A stretch of DNA of 64,000 nucleotides from Chiloscyllium plagiosum (Eukaryota): assembly GCF_004010195.1 (NCBI RefSeq), contig NC_057749.1, positions 25,211,248 through 25,275,247 on the forward strand, read 5' to 3'. Shown here in pieces: positions 25,015 through 36,295 of this stretch; position 1 is the stretch's first letter, and the number at the start of each line of letters is the position of its first letter. The position numbers and the translations under genes were made by a program. The notes under the pieces are model-generated. The model was not told the DNA's origin and did not search any database. It saw nothing but the letters and a program-made list of their open reading frames with translations.

Positions 25015-25370
25015 CCTGACGCCTTGAGGAGGAGCACCTCACATTCCGCCTTGGGACCCTGCAAATGTGGGTTTCAACAGCTTCCTCATTTCCCCTCCCC
25101 CCACATTATCCCAGTCCCAAGTCTCCAACTTGGTACCGCCCTCCGGGCCTGTCCATCACTCCCCCCTCTGACTTAACACCTTCTCCCTCACCTTCATCCA
25201 CCTATCGCTTTCTGAACTACCTTACCCCCAACCCCACTCCCTCCCATTTATCTCTCAGCCCTGCCACACAAGCCTCGTTCCTAATGAAGTGCTCCTGCCC
25301 GAAACGTCGATTGTCCTGCTCCTCGATACTGCCTGACCTGCTGTGCTTTTCCAGCACCACACTCTCGACG
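25015..25370 (+). mobile_element. Penelope-like element 3' fragment (GIY-YIG C-terminus, 3'UTR, family A terminal unit)
   Basis: RRLEEEHLTFRLGTLQ; decayed hammerhead at about 25280-25310; TSD ctgagacta (25006, 25371). Confidence 0.8.
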
Positions 25371-26204
25371 CTGAGACTATGCCCTCTGGTTCTTGACTCT
25401 CCCGTGAGGAGAAATAGCCTTTCAGCATTTACCCTATTAAGCCCCATACGTCAGAGTCAATGTTGATGTAATCCAACGTTTATATATAACAATTTGCTGC
25501 AATAAATGTGTGGTTAAATGCTTCAGTACCATTCTAGTGTTAGGTCACTGTGACCTGAGCATTTCCACGTCAGCCCACCTGAGGGAAATACACAATTCAT
25601 CCTTGTGAATCCTTGTGAATTGCAGTCTAGATTACCTTGTGAATTGCAGCCAGTCATAGATTCCCTACAGTGTAGAAACAGGCCCTTCGGCCCAAGAAGT
25701 CCACACTGAACCTCCGAAGAGTAACCCACCCAGACACACACCACATACCCCATATTTAGCCCTGACTAATGTATCTAACCTACACATCCCTGAACACTAT
25801 GGGCAATTTAGCATGGCCAATTCACCCTAACCTGCACATCTTTGGACTGTGGGAAGAAACCCACGCAGACATGGGGAGAATGTGCAAACTCTACGCATAT
25901 AGTTGCCCGAGGCTGGAATCGAGCCCAGGTCCCTGGCGCTGTGAGGCAGCAACGCTAACCACTGAGCCACCGTGCCACCTGGTGTGTGCATACATTGTGT
26001 GTAAAAGGCTCATCACGTGATTTTGTGAATCCACCCTGTTGGCACCCATGATCCTGGGAGCATGGATCAGATCATCAGAGTCAGCCCTACCTCCTTCAGG
26101 CGGATGAATTCACGGGGTGTGAGCATTGCTGGCATTATTGTTCCTCCCGATTTGCCTTTTGGAAGCGTGCTATTGATTCACTCCTGAAAGGTGTTCTCAT
26201 TCGT

Positions 26205-26737
26205 TCGTGGGATGAGGTGTCACTCTCTAGACCAGCATTTATTACCCAGAAGGCAGTTAAGAGTCAACCACATTGCTGTGGGTCTGGAGTCACATGTAGG
26301 CCAGACCAGGTAAGGTTGGCAGTTACCTTCCCTAAAGGACATTAGTGAGCCAGATGGGTTTTTCCCAACAACCGGTAATGAATTAATGGTCATCATTAAG
26401 CTCTTAATGCCAGATATCATACAAATTAAATTTCAATTCCACCATCCGCCATGGCAGAATTTGACCCAGGTTCGCCAGAACATGAGTTGAGAGTGTGGTG
26501 CTGGAAAAGCACAGCAGGTCAGGCAGTATCCGAGGAGCAGGAAAATTGACGTTTTGGGCAAAAGCTCTTCATCAGACTCTCCTGCTCCTCGGATGCTGAC
26601 TGACCTGCTGTGCTTTTACAGCAACACACTCTCAACTCTGATCTCCAGCCTCTGCAGACTCTCTGTCTCCCCAGAACATGACATGGGTCTCTGGATTAAC
26701 AGTGCAATGATAATGCCACTGGGCCATCACCTCCCCT
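26205..26737 (-). mobile_element. Second tRNA-derived SINE family with CR1-type tail, interrupted by an inverted PLE unit (26486-26670)
   Basis: Recurs at about 10430-10690(+), 40140-40287(-), 44755-45330(-); TSD ccagaacatga around the PLE insert. Confidence 0.7.
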
Positions 26738-27354
26738 TCTATGCTATGGTGCCTTGTAGTGTCGGTATGTCCCTGTTAGGGAGGGAGTTCCAGGATTCTG
26801 ACCTGGGGCAATGAGAAGAGGGAGCCGATAAACGCTAGGAGTAGAAATAGGCCATTCAACCCATCTAGTCTGCTCTGCCAGTCAGTTAATGGCTGATGTG
26901 TGTCACGTAAGGATGGGGGGTGAGAGTTGGAGAAGTGTGGAAGGACTGAGGTGCTCCAATGTGACTTGCTGAGGTCATGCTCTTCCCTCTGGGTTCCCAG
27001 AATGGTAGGATTGTGCCTTTTAAGAACTGCAATATGATATCACAGGCTGCACTGGCAAGAAATGTTCTTAATTAACCTCGCACACTGCCTGCCTCTGAAC
27101 AATGTCGTGTTTTATTAATGCTGCTGATCCTGATCAATTTTTCATCCTGTCTGTGGGGTAATGTACAGGCTAAACCGTCTGATATCTCAATGTGAGCAGC
27201 TGCATTTGTATAGCACCTTCAACTTGGTAAAACATCCCGAGGTGCTTCCTGGGAATGTTTGTGGATGAGAATTAGCCTTAAATCAAAGGAGGTGATATTC
27301 CTGTTCAAAACTTTGATCTTTAAAGTGAACTCGTTGGAGAAGAAATTTGGAATG

Positions 27355-27665
27355 GTTCAAGAGAGATAGAAAGTGAGAGTCAGCGAAGTTTAGAGCGAGA
27401 GATATAGAGAGGCAGAGAGATTTAGGAGAGTTGACAGAAAGAGAAAGAGAGAGAGGTTGTTGGAATTTAGGGAAGAGAATTCCAGAACTTATGTCCTGAT
27501 GCTGAAGTATCAGAAAGATTGGGATTGAAAGGCAGAGAGATAAAGAGAGACCGAGGGACAAAGAGAGACCGAGGGACAAAGAGAGATAAAGAGAATGTCA
27601 GAGGGGTCATGGATGGGGGAGGGGGGCGCAGCAGAAGAGAGGGAGAGAGAGAGACCGAGAGAGAC
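27355..27665. repeat. GA-rich low-complexity tract within an old LINE remnant
   Basis: Visible (GA)n runs and tandem aaagagagaccgagggac x2. Confidence 0.8.
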
Positions 27666-28414
27666 AGTTGGAATGATTATTGAAGGAGATAGAATTAGGG
27701 GGTTTCGAAGGGATTATTAGAGTTTGGGACCAGAAATTGAAGGACCAACTACCAATGCTCGGGGGAAGCATATAGGGGCTGCACTAATGCCCAGAGTTGG
27801 GGGAATGCAGAGAGCTCAGAGGTCATAGGTTTGAAGGAGGTTTTAGGAATGAATCGAGGTGAGGAAATGAAAGGATTTGAACATGATGTTCAAAAGCAAG
27901 GTTTACTTTAAAGGGTAATTGCGTTTTAAACACTCACTTGTTTTGAAGGTTAGTCCCAGAGGCAATGTGCCATGGGGGAGCAATAACTAAACCTAATTCA
28001 AACATTACCTGATCTAGGCCAGTCACTCACTCACTGAGTCATTGCCGGGGCCTCCTGTACTAACCTACTTTGTAAACAATGAAGGCCAGTAATTGATGTA
28101 TCTCTCCAGACCACCCTAACTGTTCAAGGTGAAAGAGAACAGGTAGTCTCTGTTTGTGTTGTAGTTTCTAACACTGGGCTTGTATGTAGATAGAGGTCCC
28201 TGCTGACTGCCAGGGAACAAGGCGATTAGCATTGTAGAAACAAGTCCCTGAGATCTCCTGACCTCAGCTCTCCTCTTAATCTTCCAAAGATAAACATTCA
28301 CAGACTGAATTCCTACATATTTTTGAAATTACGGTATCTGAATTCATGCAAAGTCAGGAGGTAGGACCAAACACTTCAACAGCAGCAGCTGCCATTTCAA
28401 TTTGGGGTGGTGGT

Positions 28415-29760
28415 GGATTTGATTTGCTTTATTATTGTCATATGTACCTAGGTACAGTGAAAAGTTTTGTTTTGCATGCAGTACCATACAAAGTGCATCA
28501 GGGTAATAGAACAGAGCGAGAAATATAATGCTAAGGCTGCAGAGAAGGTGCGCAAAGAGAGAGATCAACATTAGATTTGTAATTTTGAAACAGTCAGAAG
28601 TCTGAAAACAGTGGGGAAGAAGCTGTTCTTGAACCTGTTGGTACCTGTGTTTAAGCTTTTGTATCTTCTGCCCAATGGAAGAGGTCGGAAGAGATTATAA
28701 ATGGGATGAGAGGGGTCTTTGAAGATGTTGACTGCCTTCCCAATGCAGGGAGAAGTGTAGATGGAGATACTGAAGACTCCAGATGCTGGAGATTCAGAAT
28801 CACTAGAGTGTGGCGCTGGAAAAAAGCACAGCAGGTCAGGCAGCATCCGAGGAGAAAGACAGTCAACGTTTCAGGCATTACCCTTCATCAGGACTGGGGA
28901 GGGGGAAGGGAGCTGAGAAATGAGTAGGGAAAGGGGGTTGTGGCTTGGGGAAAGACGGGCGGAATGGCGATAGGTGGGCGAAGGTAAGAGATGGAGTCAA
29001 TGGATGGAAGGTTGGCTTGTATGGTGGACTGGGCTGTGTTCATAACTCTCTGCAGTTTCTTACAGTCCTGGGCAGAACAGTTGCCGCACCAAGCCATGAT
29101 GCATTCAGATAGAGTGCTTTCTGTGGTGTATCTATAAAAATTGGTAAGAGTTTGTATGGGCACGCCCAATTTCCTTAGGAAATAGAAGCACTGTTGTGCT
29201 TTCTTGAACATTGCATTAATGTGGGAGGTCCAGGACAGATCATTACTCCTCGAAACCTGATTGTCTCAACCATCTCCATCTCAGTTCCACTGAAGTAAAT
29301 AGAGGCGTGCCCTCCATCTTGAAGTCAATGACCAGCTCTTTCATTTTGCTGATGTTGACTGAGACATTGTTGCCTTTACACCACAACACCAAGCGCTCTA
29401 TCCCTTTCTTGTACTCTGGTCATTGTTTGAGATCCAGCCGACACAGTAGTGTCATCATATAGATGGAGTTCGGATGAAATTTGGCCACACAGTCATGAAT
29501 GGATGAAGAGAACAGTACAGGGCTGTGTTTGCAGCCTTGCAGGGCACCTGTATTGAGGATTATTGTAGAGGAGGTGTTGGTTCCTATCCTCACTAATTGT
29601 GGTCTGTGGGTCAGGAGGTTACAGAGGGTGGAACAGAGACCTAGGTCTCAGAAATGTGGCGATTAGTTTGGTTGGAATTATAGTGTTGAAGGCCGAGCTG
29701 TAGTCAGTATATAGGATCCTGACGTAGGTGTCCTTGTTATCCAGGTGTTCCAGGGATGAG
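28415..29760 (-). mobile_element. Rex1/Babar-type LINE 3' portion, interrupted by a PLE unit (~28765-28985)
   Basis: KKAQQCFYFLRKL...TLTNFYRYTTES...KLQRV...; KDPSHP...LPLGRRYKSL...RFKNSFFP; (aatca)n tail. Confidence 0.85.
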
Positions 29761-31260
29761 GCCCTTGCAAGTCACCTACCGTCACAACAGGCCCACAGCA
29801 AACCCATCTCCCCAGCTGTATCATTGTTAAAGTAGGTATTTCCAGACATTTCAGCACCTCTGTTATTATGACTCCTCTTGAAAAAACCCAAGGACAAAAT
29901 AACCTTGTTAAAGTGACAGTATGGTTGCAGACTATAACCTGGTGTTGTATGACCTTAGCAATTGGGAATGAAGGTCTACACTGATGTAGCACATTTGGAG
30001 TGTCAGTCACTCCAAAAGAGATCTATAAAAGATATCGACCATATTAGACAACCACTTCAGAATCAGGTTATTCCTCTGTAGTCATTAATTAGAATTCAGC
30101 TCATGTGGAAGGAAACTTAAAGAACCTGCAGGTTACTTCCTGAGCAATTAAAAGAAAGGGATCTACAACCTTCTACTCTAGAAAGACTCGTTAGATAAAC
30201 CAAAGACGTGAAGCATCTAACAGTTGCTGAACAGTAGTAGCATGGGTTTCCCCCAAGTGTTCCTGTTTCCTCCCATAGTCTAGTTTAGGTGGATTGGACA
30301 TGGGAAATTGTCCAGGGATATGCCAGCAACGTGGATTAGTCATAGTGGATTAGTCAAATATGGGGATAGGTTAGGGGTCTGAATGGGATGCTCTTCAGAG
30401 GGTCAGTATGGATTCAAAGTGCAGAATGGCATCCCTCTACACTGTAGGGATTCTAATTATTTAGAGAACAAAGCTTTATTCAAGGTCTTTAAATGGAAGA
30501 ATCTTCCAGTAGTTCCGTGTTGTATGATCTTATATCATGTTTTGTTGTACATGCACCTTCCTTTTAAGAGAGTTCACCTTTAAGGGTGCATGTGCTGTGT
30601 GTATACAATGCTGTGAGTCTGCCTGCTATTGATTTGCAAACCATAAACACAAAACCCAGTTGGTTGCTGTAATGTCCACTTCATGACCTACAATATGTTT
30701 TCATGCATTAAATAAATCAATTTCTGAAGAGCAATTGATTACCATTAATGGATATGGTGAACAGTGGCAGATGACATTAGGCTAATGAGCTTGAACCATC
30801 AGTAAGCAGGTCAATATACAGGTGACCTATACAATTGGCAGACTTACATCTTGCAAACGTGCATCTGACAAGCCTTGATGTTTTTGGTTAATACAGTGAA
30901 GGATGCTGAAAAGGCAACATGTTGCTAATGAGACAATCTCCGACTGAAAGGCCTGTCCAATTCATTTGAGAAAAACAAGTGATCAGGAGTGCTGGGTTGA
31001 CAGCAAGCAAGGGTCAGTCAAAGACATATTGTCAGAATGTCTGCAAAATTCCTCAATTCAAAATGGGACACAGCAGACCTCTTAACAGAATTTTAAACGT
31101 TTGAACAGCATACTGAGCTATGGTTTCTAGATTTATGGCTGGCTAATGCAGGAAACCAAGCTGTTAAAATTTGTTTAGCAATTGGGAATGAAGGTCTACA
31201 CTGATGTAGCATGTTAGGAGTGACCATCACAGGTCTAAGAGATTTACAAAAGATATTGAG

Positions 31261-31980
31261 TGTTGTGGGGAAAAGCCACCAGCCTAGGAATCAGAGTCGG
31301 GGTTCAACGACAGAGTTTATTGTACAAGGAAATACCAGAGCTCCAGGAGAAAAAGACATCGACAGCACAGTGCTCAGCTGCGAGTCTTCTCTTAACCCAG
31401 AGTAAATGTCAAGATACTTTTATACATTGTGTAATATAATAGGTCTTTGTAACATAGTTTTGTTTATTGTAAACATTACAGAATTGTTAATAGTTTTGAT
31501 ACAGTCATTGTCAGTTCCAGTGCAGCCTTTGTTAATTTCAGCGCAGTTGTTGTCAATTTCAGTGCAGACATTGTCAGTTTCACTGTCTGCACAGAAGTCC
31601 ATTGCTGTAGTATTGGGCACTAATCGCTCTTCCTGAGAAAGATGATTACTGCAGCCCTGGCTATTATCACTCTGTATTGAGTCTGTATTCAGGCTGTTAG
31701 CATTCCTATCAAAGGTGTTGTCTATACCCAGACATTTCGGAGGGCAGTGTATGCTACTCATGTGTATTCCCTCCTCCACCCGCCTTAAACCAATCAACTG
31801 GGTTGTGAGTGAATTGTGCTGGCATTCTAGTGGCCCCAGGCAGTATGTCTGTGTTTGCTCTGCGGTCCCTCTTCGTATTGTGGTCCAGCGGCCATCTTGT
31901 GTGTCAAGTGGCCAATTTATGGCTCAGCGGCCATCTTGTGTATCTGTGTGCCTAGAGTCACCCTGCCCGTGCCATCTCTA
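31261..31980 (-). mobile_element. ERV-like solo LTR (~720 bp)
   Basis: Minus strand order: two YY1-type CAAGATGGCCGC (31927-31938, 31888-31899), 21-bp tandem repeats, TATAAAA (31418-31424), AATAAA (31316-31321), terminal ...CACAACA. Confidence 0.75.
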
Positions 31981-32499
31981 GCAATTGGGAATTAAGGTCC
32001 ACACTGAAGTAGCACGTTAGGAGTGACAGTCACAGGGCTAGGAGATCTATAAACGATATCGATCATATTAGATGGCCACTTCAGAATCAGGTTATTCTTC
32101 TGTAGTTATTGTTTAGAATTCAGCTCACGTGGAAAGAATCTATAAATCACTTCCTGAGCAGAAACTGAAGTAAGGGATCATTATGTGATTTTTCAAATGG
32201 TGAGCAGGAAAACAGAATTGTTCAGCTGATCACACCAGCCCCAATGGAAGCTGTCCAGAAAGACTCATTGAGTTACAGAGTCCTACAGCACGGAAACAGA
32301 CCTTCGGCCCAACCCGTCCATGCCGACCATAATCTCAAACTAAACCATTCCCATCTGCCTGCTCCTGTCCCATGTCCCTCCAAACATTTTTTATTCATGT
32401 ACTTTTCCAAATGTCTTTTAAACGTTGTAACTGTACCCGTATCCACCACTTCCTCTGGAAGTTCATTCCACACGTGAACCTCTCTCTTTCTAAAAAACA

Positions 32500-33462
32500 A
32501 ATGATTTGGATGTGAGCATAAGAGGTACAGTTAGTAAGTTTGCAGATGACACCAAAATTGGAGGTGTAGTGGACAGCGAAGAGGGTTACCTCAGATGACA
32601 ACAGGATCTGGACCAGATGGGCCAATGGGCTGAGAAGTGGCAGATGGAGTTTAATTCAGATAAATGTGAGGTGCTGCATTTTGAGAAAGCAAATCTTATC
32701 AGGATTTATACACTTAATGGTAAGGTCCTAGGGAATGTTGCTGAACAAAGAGACCTTGGAGTGCAGGTACATAGCTCCTTGAAAGTGGAGTCACAGGTAG
32801 ATAGGATAGTGAAGAAGGTGTTTGGTATGCTTTCCTTTATTGGTCAGAGTATTGAGTACAGGAGTTGGGAGGTCATGTTGCAACTGTACAGGATATTGGT
32901 TCGGCCACTGTTGAAATATTGCGTGCAATTCTGGTTTCCTTCCTATCAGAAAGATGTTGTGAAACTTGAAAGAGTTCAGGAACGATTTACAAGGATGTTG
33001 CTAGGGATGGAGGATCTGAGCTACAGGGAGAGGCTGAACAGGCTGGGGCTGTTTTCCCTGGAGCGTTGGAGGCTGAGGGGTGACCTTATAGAGGTTCACA
33101 AAATTATGAGGGTCATGGATGGGATAAATAGACAAAGTCTTTTCCCTGGGGGGCGGGGAATCCAGAACTAGAGGGCATAGGTTGAGGGTGAGAGGGGAAA
33201 GATATAAAAGAGACCTAAGGGGCAACTTTTTCACGCAGAGGGTGGTACGTGTATGGAATGAGCTGCCAGAGGATGTGGTGGAGGCTGGTACAATTGCAAC
33301 ATTTAAGAGGCATTTGGATGGGTATATGAATAGGAAGGGTTTGGAGGGATATGGGCTGGGTGCTGGCAGGTGGGACTAGATTGGGTTGGGATATCTGGTC
33401 GGCATGGATGGGTTAGACCGAAGGGTCTGTTTCCATGCTGTACATCTCTATGACTCTATGAC
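32500..33462 (+). mobile_element. HER1/CR1 LINE 3' ~1 kb, nested in an oppositely oriented CR1 tail (32267-32490, 33465-33590)
   Basis: KFADDTK motif at about 32537; ORF 32617-33171 WAEKWQMEFNSDKCEVLHF...; (ctatgact)n tail. Confidence 0.95.
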
Positions 33463-33587
33463 TTTGTCATTTTTTAAAATCTTTCTCCTGTCAGCTTAAA
33501 AATCTGTGCCCTGGTCTTGACATGCCCTACCCTGGGGAAAAATCACCTGCTATTTACTTTATCTGTACTCCACATGATTTTATAATC

Positions 33588-34078
33588 ATTATAGGAAGGA
33601 TGTGGAAGCTTTGGAAAGGGTTCAGAGGAGATTTACTAGGATGTTGCCTGGTATGGAGGGAAGCTCTTACAAGGAAAGGCTGAGGGACCTGAGGCTGTTT
33701 TTGTTAGAGAGAAGTAGGTTGAGAGGGCGACTTAATTGAGACATACAAGATAATCAGAGGGTTAGATAGGGTGGACAGTGAGAGCCTTTTTCCTCAGATG
33801 GTGATGGCTAGCAGGAGGGGACATAGCTTTAAGTTGAGGGGTGATTGATATAGATCAGATGTCAGAGGTAGTTTCTTTACTCAGAGAGTAGTAGGGATGT
33901 GGCATGCCCTACCTGCAACAGTAGTAAACTCGCCAACTTTAAGGGCATTTAAATGGTCATTGGATAAACATATGGATGAAAATGGAATAGTGTAGGATAG
34001 ATGGGCTTCAGATTGGTTCCACAGGTCAGTGCAACATCGAGGGCTGAAGGGCCTGTACTGTGTTGTAATGTTCTAATC
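33588..34078 (+). mobile_element. CR1 subfamily 3' fragment (other copies 39350-39695, 40611-41192)
   Basis: RKDVEALERVQRRFTRMLPG and shared 3' tail. Confidence 0.85.
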
Positions 34079-34391
34079 CTTCACAAGGTCACCTCTCAAC
34101 CATCTACACTAGAAAGACTCGCCAGATAAACCAAAGGCTTAAAGTGCCTAACAGTTACTGAACAATAGTAGTAATACAAAGTGATTCTTACAGGTTGACA
34201 AAGCTTCCAGGTCCTGAGTACCAATTCAGTGGTTGACACAATCACCAGAACATCCAAATATAGCAAGATGTGGCCTTCTGCATGTACCTGGAAGGAAATG
34301 CCCAGCTTGCAATCAATATTACAAGGCACGTGACAAGAAAGGCCAATAGCAGAGGCAGTGCACGAGAGCAAAGGCTGACTCAGCTACAAAG

Positions 34392-34762
34392 TACATCTGC
34401 AGTCCTTGCTTCCGCCTCATTGATTTTAACCTCATTGCGAATCCTCTTCCAAGAATGCCTTCCTTGAAGAAGTTCTCCTCCTCTCTCTTCAAAGATCTCA
34501 GTGAGTCCATCTTCCTTCCCACCCATCTGCTCCATCCTCCCCTCTTACCTATCACCATTACCCCCCACCTCCATCCACCAATTGCATTCTTAGCTACCTA
34601 CCTTTCCCACCATCACTTCCCTCCCACACCTCTCCCATTTATCTCTCCACCCCTGAGGCTCCAAGCCTCATTCCTGATGAAGGGCTTTTGCCTGAAATGT
34701 CGATTCTCCTGCTCCTCAGATGTTGCCTGACCTGCTGTGCTTTTCCAGCACCACACTCTCGA
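34392..34762 (+). mobile_element. Internally deleted, permuted PLE family A mini-element with TSD
   Basis: TSD cagctacaaag (34381-34391 / 34763-34773); hammerhead CTGATGA at 34674-34680. Confidence 0.75.
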
Positions 34763-36024
34763 CAGCTACAAAGAGCCATGCACTGACCCAACCAGTGTGT
34801 GCACACGAGGAGCTTCTTCAAGCCACAATAATGACTGCCTGGTGTTCCACAGAGGTGCATCCATCAAATAATCGATGATCTGAGAGTTTCCACAATGAAA
34901 CAAAAGGCAATAAATACATTTCACTCTGTCAATCTTGTGGAATACATGAAAGACATCACACCATCTGAATTGTTTCCAAACATTCAAATCAGAAAATGAG
35001 TGACTATTCATTATTGGCCAAGAATGACATTGGGGCAAGTGCCAATATTCCACCCCTGTGAATTCTAAAATAAATGCAGCACAGAAAGGGAAAGCCATGA
35101 TGAAGCCTAACGATGGTGCTGGAGTACAAGTAAAATCGATCTGTCACATTTCCGTTCTCAAGGATACTCCTTTAGATTCCATGTTTTTGTCAGAGATGTG
35201 TGTATACAGGATAACCTTTGAAGAAATTGTAAATGACATCGTAAATGTTTTAGATCGCAGATACTGCTGAATCAGTAATCACAGGTGTATCAGCATGCCA
35301 TGACTTGACACTAGCCGCAATCCATTGAATCAGTCAGATACTAGAGAAACAACAGAGACTGCAGCGGACTATTCAAGACAAGCAGACCCTTTGGTCTAAC
35401 TTGTCCATGCTGACCAGATATCCTAACCTAATCTAGTCCCATTTTACAGCACTTTTCCCATATCCCTCTAAACTCTTCCTATTCATGTACCCATCCAGAT
35501 GCCTTTGAAATGTTGTAATTGTACCAGAAAAAAGGGACACTGAACTTTCTTCTGAATTGGTGAAGAAATAGTCAGCAGTGTGATGGAATACACCCCAGAG
35601 CTCCAACAGCACTGAAAAAACTCAACACCATCCAGGACAAAGCAGCCTGCATGATTGGCATCACATGCACTCCCTCCACCACTGACTCTCAGTAACAGCA
35701 GCGTGTACTCTGTGCAAGATGCACTGCAGAAGTTCACTAAAGATTCTCAGACTGCACTTTCCAAACAAGAAAGCTCACATCAAAGTTAGGGATCAGGATG
35801 TTTTCTCAGTGCTCCCAGCTGTGCCCAGTCCACAACCAGTTCGCAGTTCATCTGTAGATGTAGAAACAGCCCCACACAGATCCCTGCTGGGTCATACATC
35901 ACTGGCCACATCCTCCCCCTCCTCCTCATTCCAGCCCCCACCAGAAACACTGAATGAACATACACTGTGTCATTCACTGCAGCCTTTGATGTGCAATATT
36001 TATACAGAACTTCCTGAAACCAGT

Positions 36025-36295
36025 TTAAAATGATGCCAATCTTATTAGCAACACTCATGCCATCGTAATCTGGGGCCAGGCAGTCATAGACTTCCTTTAC
36101 CGTTTCAGACCTTATTAGAGAGCTGTCTCAAGGTATACAATGGAGCTTTGACAGTCTGTTTGATCTGCAGCTTATCAGGCTTGACGTCAACAGTAAAACA
36201 CAAGTTGTTATACTGAATTTATTTCACAGTGCACTCAGACAAGGGAGGGAACCCACAGATGAAATGATGCTCCATTCAGCTTGGTCTTCCTCTTT
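36025..36295 (-). pseudogene. RPL23A: Processed pseudogene of 60S ribosomal protein L23a (C-terminal half)
   Basis: Minus strand reads FPPLSECTVK*IQYNN.LCFTVDVKPDKLQIKQTVK...[31 protein letters not shown], colinear with vertebrate [36 protein letters not shown]...[31 protein letters not shown]; stop and frameshifts, no introns. Confidence 0.9.

Larger units (their letters stand above)
29957..35340 (+). mobile_element. Fragmented Gypsy-type LTR retrotransposon (gag, protease), heavily interrupted
   Basis: About 31060-31200 reads WDTADLLTEF*TFEQHTELWF...QAVKICLAIGNEGL (gag-like); about 35020-35057 reads KNDIGASANIP (decayed KIDTGA aspartic protease motif). Confidence 0.65.
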
